Source: a virus
Taxonomy: Duplodnaviria > Caudoviricetes
Reading direction: 5' to 3' (one strand)
Length of the DNA: 64,000 bases
IMG/VR virus record: IMGVR_UViG_3300017655_000001
Coordinates: 1 to 64,000 of that record
Below the pieces are notes generated by a model that was given only the letters and a program-made list of their open reading frames with translations, made no database searches and was not told the origin of the DNA. This document shows positions 17,367 to 29,092 of the stretch, piece by piece. Numbering within the stretch: position 1 is the stretch's first letter; every line of letters begins with the position of its first letter. The translations under genes and the position numbers were made by a program.

Positions 17367-18167
17367 ATGCAAGATGAATTTATGATGCCAATGCTACAAC
17401 CACTAGGTTCAAAAACCTTTACTACCGAAGTTCGTGGTCAACAACACACTTACTATCTCACTGGTGATGTGACAGAGCCAGATAACTACGTGGATCTTTG
17501 CAACCTGCTTCGTTCCTGTTCGCCGCAAGACGAGGTGCTGATCCGAATCAACAGCCGAGGTGGATCTGTAGCAAGTGAACGAATGATTGTCAACGCGATT
17601 CAAGAATGTCAAGGTACCGTGGTTGCTTATATTGAGTATTTCTGTATGAGCGCTGCAACAGGGATCTTCTTGGCGGCGCACCATCATGCATGGGCTGAAC
17701 ATATTCAATTCATGGTGCATTGCGCATTCTGGGGATCAATCGGTAAAAATCCTGACGTTAAGAGTCAGACAGAGTTCGGTGTAAAACAACTTGAAGAAGA
17801 AATTAACTCGACGTACAAGGGGCTACTCAGCGATGAAGAGCTAATTCAGTGCAACGAGGGGAAAGAATTCTGGTTTGGTGCAAAAGAACTAGAAGAACGT
17901 ATGAAAAGTTTCCTTGAATATCGTAATTCTCTTCCTTGTGATTGCGGGTCGCCTGAATGTCCCCGTAGTCCTGAGAATATGGCTCTACTTGAAGAGGAAG
18001 AAGACTTCGAGATGCCAACCCTAGACACCATGATTGCTGACGCAGTTGCACAAGGGATTGAGCAATACGAAAAGAAAAAGGCTGATGCTGAGAAGAAAGC
18101 TGCTCGTAAAGCTAAGCCAAAAGTCAAACCTATTGTTGAAGAAGCTCCACCTGCACCAATTCAATAA
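17367..18167 (+). CDS. clpP: ClpP-like serine protease
   Basis: INSRGGSV, CMSAAT (catalytic Ser) and FMVH (His). True start is MQDEF at 17367 (GAGG RBS); the track start at 17127 overlaps the endonuclease. Confidence 0.88.
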   Translation: MQDEFMMPMLQPLGSKTFTTEVRGQQHTYYLTGDVTEPDNYVDLCNLLRSCSPQDEVLIRINSRGGSVASERMIVNAIQECQGTVVAYIEYFCMSAATGIFLAAHHHAWAEHIQFMVHCAFWGSIGKNPDVKSQTEFGVKQLEEEINSTYKGLLSDEELIQCNEGKEFWFGAKELEERMKSFLEYRNSLPCDCGSPECPRSPENMALLEEEEDFEMPTLDTMIADAVAQGIEQYEKKKADAEKKAARKAKPKVKPIVEEAPPAPIQ

Positions 18168-18173
18168 AATCAG

Positions 18174-18202
18174 TTGACAGAAGATAGTGTGCAGCTTACA
18201 AT
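18174..18202 (+). promoter_or_regulatory. Sigma70-like promoter
   Basis: TTGACA-17-TACAAT. Confidence 0.8.
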
Positions 18203-18393
18203 TAGGGCACACTTGATTCAAAGGAGAGGGAAATGAGTATTTACGAAGAAATGGGTTATGTCAACAGGAAAGAGTACCTGTATTCATTAGCAGAGGAGTA
18301 CGATGTTGGAGTTTCTGAAGTTTTCGCGCTAGCAGAAATTCTTGGTGAAGCAGAAGATTTTGATGGCTTAGTTTCAGCATTGGAGGATATGTA

Positions 18394-18915
18394 ATGAAGA
18401 TGGATAAAGTAGCAGGTAGTGGTAATGATGAGTTTTACACCCCAGAGTACGCAATTGTTCCAATTCTGAAGTATGTAAAACCTGGGAGTGTCGTTTGGTG
18501 CCCATTCGATACAGTGAAGTCCAATTTTTATAAGATGTTGATCAATCACGGATGTAAAGTACTTTTGTCTCACATTGAAGATGGGAGAGACTTCTTCAAC
18601 TATGAGCCTGAAGAGCATTACGACTACATTATTTCTAACCCACCTTACTCTGTTAAGGGGGAAGTTTTCGAAAGATTGTTTAAACTAGAAAAACCTTTTG
18701 CAATGCTAGTTGGAGTAGTCGGACTTTTTGTATCACAAAAACGGTTTGATTTATTTAAAAATAATTGGTTTGAAATTATGTATCTAAATCGTCGTGTTTC
18801 TTACTTCAAAAACTACGAAGATCAAAAACCATCACTAAATCCCCCTTTCAGTAGTGTATACGTTTGTTTTGATATGCTGCCTGAGACGATTGTCTTTGAA
18901 GAAATTAAAAAGTAA
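18394..18915 (+). CDS. DNA N6-adenine methyltransferase-like protein (orphan)
   Basis: DEFYTP, VWCPFD, DFF and IISNPPYS (motif IV). Confidence 0.82.
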   Translation: MKMDKVAGSGNDEFYTPEYAIVPILKYVKPGSVVWCPFDTVKSNFYKMLINHGCKVLLSHIEDGRDFFNYEPEEHYDYIISNPPYSVKGEVFERLFKLEKPFAMLVGVVGLFVSQKRFDLFKNNWFEIMYLNRRVSYFKNYEDQKPSLNPPFSSVYVCFDMLPETIVFEEIKK

Positions 18916-18924
18916 GGAGACGTC

Positions 18925-19476
18925 ATGTCTAAAGAAATCAAAACAACAATCGTAGATGCTGCTGAGATTGACAGCTACAACGACGAAGAAGGGTTCACTT
19001 TCAAACACCCTTCAAAATTTTATGTATTGACAAGCCTTAATCAACTAGTTTATATTCACGTTCGTAGTCGAGCAGAAGCGCAAGCGTGGGCTGATGAAAA
19101 TTGGGGAAAGAATTTCTATATTGTTCGACAAGCTAAAATGTCTACAGGTTCGGGTGAGTATACGTGCAGTGGCTCGAACTCGCGTAAAGGTTTTGCTAGC
19201 CATCTGCGACCAACTGTTTAATTAAGGAGAAATTTAATGCGAAATATTGATCTAATCAAAAAGCTAAGCATGTTTGATCCAGAAGGAATTGTAGTGTTGC
19301 GGAACACAGAAGGAAATTCACCAACACTTCATAACGTAGAACAAGAAGAAGGTGTTCACGATTTAGATGGCTGGGATTTGCTTGGTGATTGGAAAGATGT
19401 AAAAGAGATGGAAGATTTTTATGGGTCTTCTGATAGTGATCCTCTAGCTTTTGTTTCGTTGATCGTATTGAGTTAA
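18925..19476 (+). other. Two hypothetical CDS (18925-19221, 19237-19476)
   Basis: ORFs with AGGAG RBS. Confidence 0.7.
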
Positions 19477-19478
19477 TT

Positions 19479-19883
19479 ATGAAATACGACCAGATGTACA
19501 TGGACTTTGCCGTCCGTGCAGCACAAGAGAGTAAATGTCCACGTAAACAGGTTGGGTGTATTATTCTTGCTGATTCAGGAATGGTAAGTCCGGGGCTAAA
19601 TGGTCATGCTTCGGGTGGACCTAACGAATGGGAATTCAAGGAAGAAGGGGATCCTGAAGTTGTCCATGCAGAAATGCAAGCTCTTGGAAAAATGTTAGAA
19701 CAAGGTGTGTCAGCTAAAGGTGCAACTGTCTACGTAACGTTGAGTCCGTGTATTGAATGCTCGAAGCTGCTTGTTCGTGCCAAAGTTAAGCGAGTGGTTT
19801 ATCTTGAGGATTACCGTAAGAGAGACGGATTAGATTACTTAATCAAGTACAATATCCTAGTAGAAAAATACAATCAAACATAA
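19479..19883 (+). CDS. dCMP deaminase
   Basis: SKCPRKQVGC, HAEMQAL, VYVTLSPCIECSKLL and VVYLEDYR. Confidence 0.9.
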   Translation: MKYDQMYMDFAVRAAQESKCPRKQVGCIILADSGMVSPGLNGHASGGPNEWEFKEEGDPEVVHAEMQALGKMLEQGVSAKGATVYVTLSPCIECSKLLVRAKVKRVVYLEDYRKRDGLDYLIKYNILVEKYNQT

Positions 19884-19884
19884 T

Positions 19885-19913
19885 TTGCATAGCCTTTATT
19901 CTTGGTGTACTAT
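19885..19913 (+). promoter_or_regulatory. Sigma70-like promoter
   Basis: TTGCAT-17-TACTAT. Confidence 0.7.
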
Positions 19914-19946
19914 TAACACTGTGAGTAAGGGCTATTTTTATTGGAG

Positions 19947-22900
19947 AAAAGAAATTGGCTACCAAAAACATGATTTATCGAGAATTGCTTTCACTACAAA
20001 AGAACTTGGAGAAGGCTTGTAATCGAGCAGAGAGGATTAGTAAGAAAATAGACATTCCAAGCTTTGCTGAACTGTTCTTCTTGAAGACTCAACTAGATGA
20101 AATAATCGAAATGGTGAAGGAGAAATAAAATGAACACACAACAACATTATGACGCTCTTATTCGTATTCAAAAACAAATGATTGAATGGGCAAGTTATCA
20201 ACCAGAGCATCACCACAAACTTTATGGTGGGAAAGAGATTAATGAATGTGTCCAACTTTGTAAGAAGCTTGTTTCTGACTTACAATATAAATTAGAGCTT
20301 GAAGAATCAGCCAAGCTTGAGCTATACTTTGCTAGTGATTCGCTAGCACTTCATAATATGAATTAAGGGGGTTTTATGAAACATGTAATTTCATTTAACG
20401 ACGATACTGATAGGTTCGTAATGGAAGGAGTAGAAGAGACTTTTATCAGCAGTCATTTGTGGACTATTGCAATTAAAGAAAATTTAGAACACGAGTTTAT
20501 AAAAACCATTAGTGAGTCACATGCACTGTCAATGCTTCTTGAGAGTGGCGTTGAAATTGAACTTGTAGACATTGATTGGTAAGGAGAGAAAGATGAAAGT
20601 AGAAATCAAGAACACCCAAGACATTCAGCAATTCTCAGTAGATGCCTATATGATTGAACTGGGATACAAACGGACGGTTGATGGGAAACGCTATGAATTC
20701 ATGTATCCTGTAAAGACAGGTGAACGATTTATCAGTATGCGCACAGCAGTAGAATTGCATAATATTGAATGGGTTTATGATGAAGCAAGTAAGCTATATT
20801 ACCCCGGACCTCGTGATTCAGTGTTTAAGCTTTCTCCTTACGAATATGAGAAGAGTCAGTCACGTAAAATTGTTTCTCGTGTATCTTTGCAGCAAACAAA
20901 GAATGGTATTTTGAAGTGCCAAAAGAATCTTGTTGAATTTATGGCGCCGTTCTACTACGAGCAATTTATTGGAGAATAATCATGCTACCATCTACTGAAC
21001 GTGAGTACAGAGAGAAGATTAAACAAGCAGAACAGAAAGCTACAGAGAATTACTTCCTCGGCCTTCGTAAGGCATTAGGTGTTGTTAATCGTGCTGATTA
21101 TCTTACAGAAGAACAGAAACAGAAGCTTGCAGAGGACTTCTTGAAATGATCCGTCGAATTGCAGCCCTTCGTTACGTGTGCAAGAAGTACAATCTAGGTT
21201 ACAATTGGAAGATTAATCACTTCAAAGATGTAGGCGCTATTTGCTGGCTTGTAAACGAGGAAACTGCTCGATACGAATGGCTTGAAGTGAGTTTGTTTAG
21301 TAAGAATTTTTGGGATATTCTGTGGCATGAAGTTGGACACCTGTGCTTGAAACGCTCGATGGATTACCAAAGCAAGCACTGCAAATCTTTAGGTATTTCC
21401 TGGAGGTGGGGAGCAATGGCTTCTGATGTTTTGATGGCTGAGGAAGCTTTAGCGTCTAAATTCTCAATCCGTATGCAGAAAGGCAAAGCCAATAAGAAAT
21501 GGCTTGAGAAGTGTTGGCATAGCTACACAAGTTGGATTCTTAAAGATTACACAGAATCAGAGAATTTGGATTTACATGTAACAACAATTGCTAAATATTC
21601 AAAGGTGTTCAGATGACCGAAGAAGTAAGACTCTACTCTACAGTGGCAGGTGAGCTAGTAAAGCTTGTGCAAACAGAAACACCAAAATGCTTTGTAGAAT
21701 ATGAGCAGTATTTAGCTTTGGAGAAAGCTTACAAAGAACTTATGGAGAAAGAATATGACTGAAGAAATTAAACAAAATATTTTACAATTAGAGGGGGTGG
21801 ACTTCGTTCACATAACAGAAAACAGGAGTTGTGTTTACGATAAAAAGAAAGGACTACCACCTCTAAGCTTTAAGCTGTATGTTAGGGGCGGTAAGAAGAA
21901 AGAAATTGCCGAAATCCTGTGGTTATATAAACCACTTGGTATCTTGTCTATAGGGAATACATCTGTTAAGGTAAAAGACCGATACGGTTACAAATGGGAA
22001 GTGAACTTCGAGAGGCTTTTGTAATGATTGAGTTAAAACTTGTACCAGAATATGACAACCCTACAGACGAAGAGCGTAAGGAGATTTTTGAATACTACCG
22101 TAGAATCATTGTCAATGCGCAAGAGAATGCGCGGGGTGCTATCCTAGATATGTGCGGGAATAAGGTTTGGGTAGAGACTATTGAAGAGTATGAAGCACGA
22201 ATGGAGAAAATGAAGAGTGACAACTGAGAATTTAAAGCAAATCCACATCACAAACATATCGGGAAAGCCTGAGCTATACATTGACGGTCTAATTATCCTT
22301 GACAAGATAAATTCAGTATATTTTGAAGATGCTATTTATCGAGCACGTAATAATGAAATCGTGACAAGTAGTGGGAAACAATCGATTTTGAGTTTGGTGC
22401 AACGTGGGTATCAAGTGTTTTACCTTTCGTAAGGAGATGTTATGGAGAATAAATGTTCTGAGTGTGGTATGACAGGATTTCACAAAATGTCGTGCAGTCA
22501 GCAATATAAAAGTCGTGATGCTTTAAAGGAGAATTGGGAGAAGTTGAAGGAGATGCAGTATTATAAATTTAAAGGAAATCTTCGATGAGCTATTCAGCGT
22601 ACTACACACCAGACGGGTGGACCTTCTTAAAGATACAAGTAGAAGGATGTGATCCACGAATCAAGGTGTTTGGTTCTTGGTCTGGTGGTTACTTGAGTGG
22701 AGACTCATGGCGTGTGAATTCTGGCTGTACAAAGATTGAAGAGAATGAGAATGAATACATTGTTTCTGGATATTCAGGAAGTCAATATATCCTAATTAAA
22801 CAAAACAATCACATTACAAGCTATAACAAAGGAGTATTAGAGGATATGATTCAAGAACTACTGTCTTATGGCCATAAAGCAGAAATCATCTCTGTACAAG

Positions 22901-25024
22901 AAGCGATAACGTTTATAGAGGATTAGATATAATGAAAACCTTCATAGCTTTCTCTTTCATTATAGCTTTAACAGCATGTGCCCATACACAACCTAGACTC
23001 AGCGGCACAGGGACACAATACCAAGCTTGGCAAACACAAGTATTAGAAGAATGTGCTAGGAAAGCAGCTACAATTACTGTAGAATTAATGGGAGAGAAGG
23101 CTAAGGAGGGGATACTCCTTTCAGTCGTACAGGGACATGCTATAAACAGGTATGTATTAGAACTTTGTTATAAGAGGAATGGGATTGTAATATGAGTAAG
23201 GATGTGGATAAAGCTCAGCTTAAGTACATTCAAGATGGTCAGATAGCTTTTGTCGGTTTCCATCTCCCGAGAAAGACTTATGTTGAGAAAGTTAACAATG
23301 TTTTCTTGCTGTACGAGTGGAAAGATTCTAGTAAAGTGTTTTATCATTGGACTACAGATGTGCAAGACGTATTAGACAGGGCTTACAATTTGGAGGGGAA
23401 TTGATGACTGAACTTCACACAACAATGACAGTAGGACAGCTTAGGAAAATGAAGCCTAGGCGTTTTGTACTGCTAGGAATAACACATCAAAACTCAACAG
23501 AATATTTTACAGATTATGATGTTGTGTTTGCAGATAACTATTGCTATAAGATCCATAGGCTTTCTGGAGAAACAACTATACTTGATACACAGCTTTTTGG
23601 TAAAGATTGGAGTAAAGAAGTAGAAGGGCTTCCAGAAGATAAAGAAATCCAAGTACCTCTGCATGTGTATAAGAATTATTTAGAACAGGAGAAATTGATA
23701 TGAAAATTAAGGGTAGTATTTCAGTAGATTGTGAAGTATCAGAAATTGATGTGGTAAATGCTGCTTACAGTGTTTGGAAAGAGTCAGTCAACCGAAAAGG
23801 ATGGGCAGTCATTGGTGGATATTGGAAAACAGATACTGAGTTTGGGATTAAGACTGAACAAATGAGCGCATCGGAAATTCTTATAGATGCGGAGTTTGAT
23901 AAAATTATCGCCTTCATTCGGTGGATTAAATGAAAGAAAATCTTAAATTTGTTGCCGGACTGATTATCCTAATCCTTCTAGGATTCTTAGCCTATTGTGC
24001 TGTAACAGGCTTTGGTGTTATGATTGGCTTCATCTTTGTAATCTTCCCTGTGTGGCAGATTGTAGTGGGAACTGTTCTTGGTAGTGTTGGTGTATTGTTG
24101 TATTTAATGGAGAAGAAATAATGAAGTTTAAATACAAACAACGAGATTGCGATTGGTGCACAAAAGAATGGGAAGGCTATGAAACAAAACCCGGACATGT
24201 GCAACACGTAGAAGATGGTCCTTGGGAAGTTTGTGGTGTATGTGAAGGAACAGCATCAATTGACGATACTTGTTACTGTCATGCCCATTATAACGGAGAA
24301 TGTTGCTGTGATTATCAAGGGTGGACAGAATGATTCTTATTACAGAAGAAATGAAACAAGCTGCACAGCAAGCTAAGAAAGACAAGATTGCTTATGCTAA
24401 AGAACATCTTGATTTAGATTGGGGTGATGATGAGAAGCATTGGAAGGCTACAGCAAAGCTTTACGGTGTACGTCTGCCCGCTTATTACCATAGCAGTGAG
24501 GAAACTAAATATGCTCGTAGGTTTATTAATAAGCTAGGTGGAGATATGAATGAATATCTTGAATACTGTGGTTGCCGTACACTGAAAGAACTGGTAAACT
24601 TGAACCCAACACATAACGCTGTTGCTTTCTGCGGATTTATTCTTGAATGGTGGCACGAGAAGCAAACAGAGACTATTGAATTTGAGGAAGACGAATAATG
24701 ACAACAGTTCAAGTAGATCCTAAGAAGCTTTATGAGTTATGTAAAGAATTCTTTGAAAGGGAAGATCAAAAACGTAAACAAGAAGTGGTGGAATGGCGTA
24801 AACAGTTATACTCTAAGCGCAGGATGTTTGGACTACTCCCACCAAAGTACACTAAAGAGGAGGTGGAGTCTTGGGAGGTTCCAGGTATTTATCAATCAAT
24901 GGAATTTCAAACTATGTGGCCCCATCACCAACTGTACTCAGCCATGTTAGCTGCAAATGTGGCAATGAAATGCGATGTTCGGATTATTGATGTAGATGCA
25001 AGACTTTTTGCTGCTCTTAAATAA
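19947..25024 (+). other. Run of about 20 small hypothetical CDS
   Basis: ORFs 20130, 20376, 20572, 21146, 21755, 21994, 22217, 22585, 22932, 23192, 23347 (true start about 23404), 23700, 23930, 24121, 24321 and 24698 plus shorter ones, contiguous with RBSs. Confidence 0.7.
22932..23195 (+). CDS. Predicted lipoprotein
   Basis: MKT + hydrophobic stretch + LTAC lipobox. Confidence 0.65.
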   Translation: MKTFIAFSFIIALTACAHTQPRLSGTGTQYQAWQTQVLEECARKAATITVELMGEKAKEGILLSVVQGHAINRYVLELCYKRNGIVI

Positions 25025-25065
25025 CACATTACCACGGGAAATTCTGAATAAATAGACGTTTTCTC

Positions 25066-25094
25066 TTGTAAGACGGGAATATGTGTGCTATTAT
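25066..25094 (+). promoter_or_regulatory. Sigma70-like promoter
   Basis: TTGTAA-17-TATTAT. Confidence 0.55.
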
Positions 25095-25137
25095 GTGTTT
25101 CGTTTAAATTAATGCTATAAAATACGGGGTAATTGAT

Positions 25138-27021
25138 ATGGAAAAGTTAAAACCAACCATCAAAAGAGTTGAGTGTAGTCCTGAGCAATACGTATGTAAG
25201 TATTCAGAAGACCTTTATGTAGAAGTTCTTAATGCTTCTGAACAAGAGTTTTGGAATTATCTTTGTGTAGGCGTGGGTAAAACTCCAACAGAGGCTTACC
25301 AAGACTGGTTAAAGGATTGCGATACTTGGCACGAACATAAAGGTCCTATCTTAGATGGTGAATAATGGAAAACTACGTAAAACCAAACGGCTGTTATGCC
25401 GAATCTGGCTATGACTTCTTTGAGCAACAAGTAAAGGAAGAGTTTGAAGAGTATTCTCTAAGAAAAGGCTATGATATTACACGAGACAAGGAATATAGTT
25501 TCTTCTATACTGATGGTAGAACAGAAGATGCTTGGAGAATGTACCGTGTTGCTCATGTGAAGAGTATTGACATTGATTGGGATAAGGTAGAATATGTCTT
25601 GTATGACGATGTTCCTATGACACAAGAAATTGTTTTTGAATGGAAGGAGATTTAAATGGAAAACGAAGAAGATTTTGTAAAACTCAGTGAGCTTAAGTCT
25701 GATTACTCTGGGCATGATACAAGAGAAGTTAGGGAATGGGAGTACATTCAAATTTCAGGGGACGAAGACTTTGGTACTCGCCTATATTGGTCAGCATTTA
25801 AAGACTCGTCTGGTTTTGAAGCCTTTATGTTGGAAGATGTAGCAGATTTAGGAGATTATCAGCTAGTTACAGTGGTTATTCAGGTGAGCGCCATGTTTGA
25901 CGGAGCTAGGCATATGTATTTTAACAGCGGTGTTGAGGATATGGGATATCTATTTTATCCAAGCACAAAAGATTTGATTAAAGGTCTTGAGTTTATCCGG
26001 GAGCTAGAGTTAAAGTATTGCTGGGATTGTGACAAATGAATATAGAAACTCTTAAAGCTTTGTACAGTCAGATGAAGAGCTATGAAGATAGGATGTGGAT
26101 GCGTTTTGCTTCACAAAACATTCTTATTGCTAGAGAGGAGAGGAAATGAGCAGGAAAGAAGATTTTGAAAAGGCCATGTCAGAGTATTTTCCAAGTCTAA
26201 GTCTTAAACCGGGTAGGCTTAATGATTACAAAGATAGCCATGTTCAGATAGCCTGGTTCTTTTATGAAGAGGCGTTAGATCACGCAGAGAGGAAGAGGAA
26301 GCAAAAGTGATTGGATTTATAATGCTAGTTTTGATGATGTTATTTATATACTTTGCATTTTACAAATAAGCCCTTTCGAGGGCCTTTTATCGTTTAGGAG
26401 AAAATATGGCTAAGAAGCTAGACTTTAACAAGGTTCCAGAGTACACAGAAAAGGATGGACTGCTTATGCAAGCAAACACAGACAACCTGATCAGTATGGG
26501 TGTAAAAGAATGGAAGAAACGAAAGAAGAATGGAGTAGCTGTTATGACGGAGGTTGAGCAGAATGAGATGTTGCGTAAGATTGAGGAAGAGATGCTAGAT
26601 GGCTAGAGGAAGGAAACCAATCATCTTGGTGAACGATATTAAGGAACGCTTTACAGAAGAGTGGTGGGGAAGAGAAGACCTGGATATGTGGCCTTTATGG
26701 ATTGATGATATTGTGTCTGGCGTAGCTAGACTTGATTGGTACGGAGACAGACCAAACCAAATTCCCCTTGCCACCACAAACATAATCAAATGCTTTGTTT
26801 TCTTAGATGAAATATCAACCGAAAATATCATGAAGCTTTTGGAATACAAGAAGAGTCAAGCAAAGCTATATTTGAAAGCTTGCCAACTGTGCTACCCTTT
26901 CTTCAAGCGTTCACTGGAAAACAAAGAAACCCTAAACACAAGATACAGAAGAGAAAGTATTGTGAGCTATGAACAAGGACTGAAATATCACTATGATGTG
27001 CAGCACAGAAGTCATATTTAA
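25138..27021 (+). other. Hypothetical CDS 25138, 25365, 25656, several <60-aa ORFs, 26406 and 26599
   Basis: Contiguous ORFs with RBSs. Confidence 0.7.
26370..26390 (+). terminator. Intrinsic terminator
   Basis: GCCCT-TTCG-AGGGC then CTTTTAT. Confidence 0.8.
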
Positions 27022-27083
27022 TTAAGGTAATTAGATTTTAATTAAGCCGGTATAATAATATACAGTTAGGAGAAAAGTAGTAA

Positions 27084-28238
27084 ATGGAAGAGTGGAAAGT
27101 AGTACCAGAGTATTCTAAATACGAGGCATCAACAACAGGTGTTATTAGAGACTCACAAACAAAAGAGTTGCGTCCATTAACTTGGAATAATAATTTCCTG
27201 TGTACGAATATGCGTAGAGATGATGGTGTCAAGGTTTTGTGTAAAGTTCACAGGATTGTAGCTCTGACTTTCTTAGATAATCCTGAGCAGGCTCATAACG
27301 TAGTGCACATCAATGAGGATAGGTCTGACAACTCAGTAGGTAATCTGAAATGGAAACCAAAACTTGTTAAAGAGGTTGTTTCTAAAGAGATGCCAACACT
27401 AACCTTCCTAGGTAAGACATACACTTATGTGGAGTTTTGTGAACAGGCTAAGTGTGAAATATCTATGCTCAAACACAGGCTCAACAAGGCTGGTTGGAGT
27501 GTAAGAGAGTGTTTTACAGGTATTAAAGAGTTCACTGGAGATGGTTATTCCGGTGAGGGTATGTGGTTTACAAACAAGAAAGAGTATCAAGCTTGGATGT
27601 GGTTAAAAGAGCTTGAGAAAAGAGAACTAAAACGTAAGCAAAAGGAAGACGACAAACAACAACGAATTAAAGAACGTGCTGAGTATAAGAAGTATGGAGT
27701 AGGGGTATTTGAGAACTTTCCTGTGAAGGGGATCGTTGATCGTATTACTACGAAAGCTTATAGAGCCTGGGATGCAATGTTAGGAAGATGCTATGCACCT
27801 AATAAGAAAAGCTACCAATCTTATGGTGCAAAAGGTGTTTACGTTTGCGACTCTTGGTTATATTTTCAGGAATATGTTAAATGGTATGACTCACAGTACA
27901 AAGAAGATGATTGGCATGTAGACAAGGACATCTTGGTAAAGGGTAATAAAATCTATTCTCCAGAGACTTGTGTAATGGTGCCTCCCGAAGTGAATACATT
28001 CTTTGCAAGTTTAACTAGAGATGGCGAGACAGTTAAGGGTTTTATTCAGAATGGTCCGGGATTCACATCAGGGGTGTACATTGAAGGAGAGAAGATTCAG
28101 AAGTATTTTAGAAGTGAGCAAGAAGCCTCTGAATACTATTGGACTAATAAACGTCAAGCAGCTTACAATCTAACCCTTAAATACCCTAATATTGACCAAA
28201 GGGTTAAAGACAAACTGCTTAGACTGGAAATATCCTAA
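27084..28238 (+). CDS. Homing endonuclease (NUMOD4/HNH plus a second nuclease-like module)
   Basis: EEWKVVPEYSKYEAS.TG, VHRIVA.TF, VVHINEDRSDNSV.NLKW; then WDAMLGRCY, VCDSWLYFQ and WHVDKDILV...YSPETCVMVP. Confidence 0.88.
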   Translation: MEEWKVVPEYSKYEASTTGVIRDSQTKELRPLTWNNNFLCTNMRRDDGVKVLCKVHRIVALTFLDNPEQAHNVVHINEDRSDNSVGNLKWKPKLVKEVVSKEMPTLTFLGKTYTYVEFCEQAKCEISMLKHRLNKAGWSVRECFTGIKEFTGDGYSGEGMWFTNKKEYQAWMWLKELEKRELKRKQKEDDKQQRIKERAEYKKYGVGVFENFPVKGIVDRITTKAYRAWDAMLGRCYAPNKKSYQSYGAKGVYVCDSWLYFQEYVKWYDSQYKEDDWHVDKDILVKGNKIYSPETCVMVPPEVNTFFASLTRDGETVKGFIQNGPGFTSGVYIEGEKIQKYFRSEQEASEYYWTNKRQAAYNLTLKYPNIDQRVKDKLLRLEIS

Positions 28239-28250
28239 CCCCCTATTTTT

Positions 28251-28285
28251 AACCCTCTTAGGCTTTTCCTTTGAGGGTCTTTTTA
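28251..28285 (+). terminator. Intrinsic terminator ending the plus-strand block
   Basis: ACCCTC...GAGGGT stem followed by CTTTTTATT. Confidence 0.65.
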
Positions 28286-28326
28286 TTGGCTGAAAATATG
28301 CCTCTCGGGCTATGACCTTTTTAACA

Positions 28327-28355
28327 ACTCTACCACCCCACTACTATCCTGTCAA
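28327..28355 (-). promoter_or_regulatory. Sigma70-like promoter with no downstream ORF
   Basis: TTGACA-17-TAGAGT, pointing at the 28251 hairpin and antisense to the endonuclease gene. Confidence 0.6.
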
Positions 28356-28495
28356 TTAGATTTCAAAATATCCTAATAATATATTTCTATCAAAGAAGGG
28401 TAATCGATAGAGAAAGTCTTAAACATAGTAGTTAAGAGAGAATGTATTAGAAGAGAAGAATTGATAGATGGAATCTATAGTTATGGGTATAAGAA

Positions 28496-28514
28496 AGCCC
28501 TCTTAGTGAGGGCT
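28496..28514 (-). terminator. Intrinsic terminator ending the minus-strand block
   Basis: AGCCCTC-5-GAGGGCT then TTCTT on the minus strand. Confidence 0.7.
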
Positions 28515-28530
28515 GTTTGAGTAGGGATTG

Positions 28531-29092
28531 TTAAAACGGTTCACCCCACTTTTCTTGTACGTCCTGTTCTGCATTAATAAATACTTGATCTGTATATCTA
28601 CCTTCCCCAATTTGCTTAGCCCAATAGTCTAAACGTTGGTTACGGTAAACTGCTACTTTCATGCCTGTCTCAATGCTGCCGTAACCTTTAGGTGGATTCT
28701 TCATGCTAGCGCAGTTAGTCATCAGTTTGTTTACGTTTGCTTTGGAAGCTTTCATGGTAATTTCCTCTGAGGGTTTTCTGTTTCAGTACGCACAGTTTAG
28801 CCATGTTTAGAGTGGTGCGCAAGAGGTATTTTCAAATTTTCCAATCTTTTACATACTCGGCATTGATATAGAATTCCTCTAAGTAGTCTTTTAGATTCTC
28901 GAAATCTACCATAGTATTGATTTTCTGATTAACAGATTTCTCCCCATCGAGTTTGACTGTTATGTGTGCTGTATCTGTCCTTGCTTGGGAGGGTTTCTGT
29001 GAAAGTGTCAATACCCCCTTATGGCCATTAACAGACAATTCCGCTAAAACAATTTTATAGTTTTCTGAAATCAGTTTAGTTTGAATATTCAT
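28531..29092 (-). other. Two hypothetical CDS (28531-28755, 28832-29092), each with its own promoter
   Basis: Promoters TTGCGC-17-TAAACT (28794-28822) and TTGACA-17-TATAGT (29130-29158). Confidence 0.75.
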
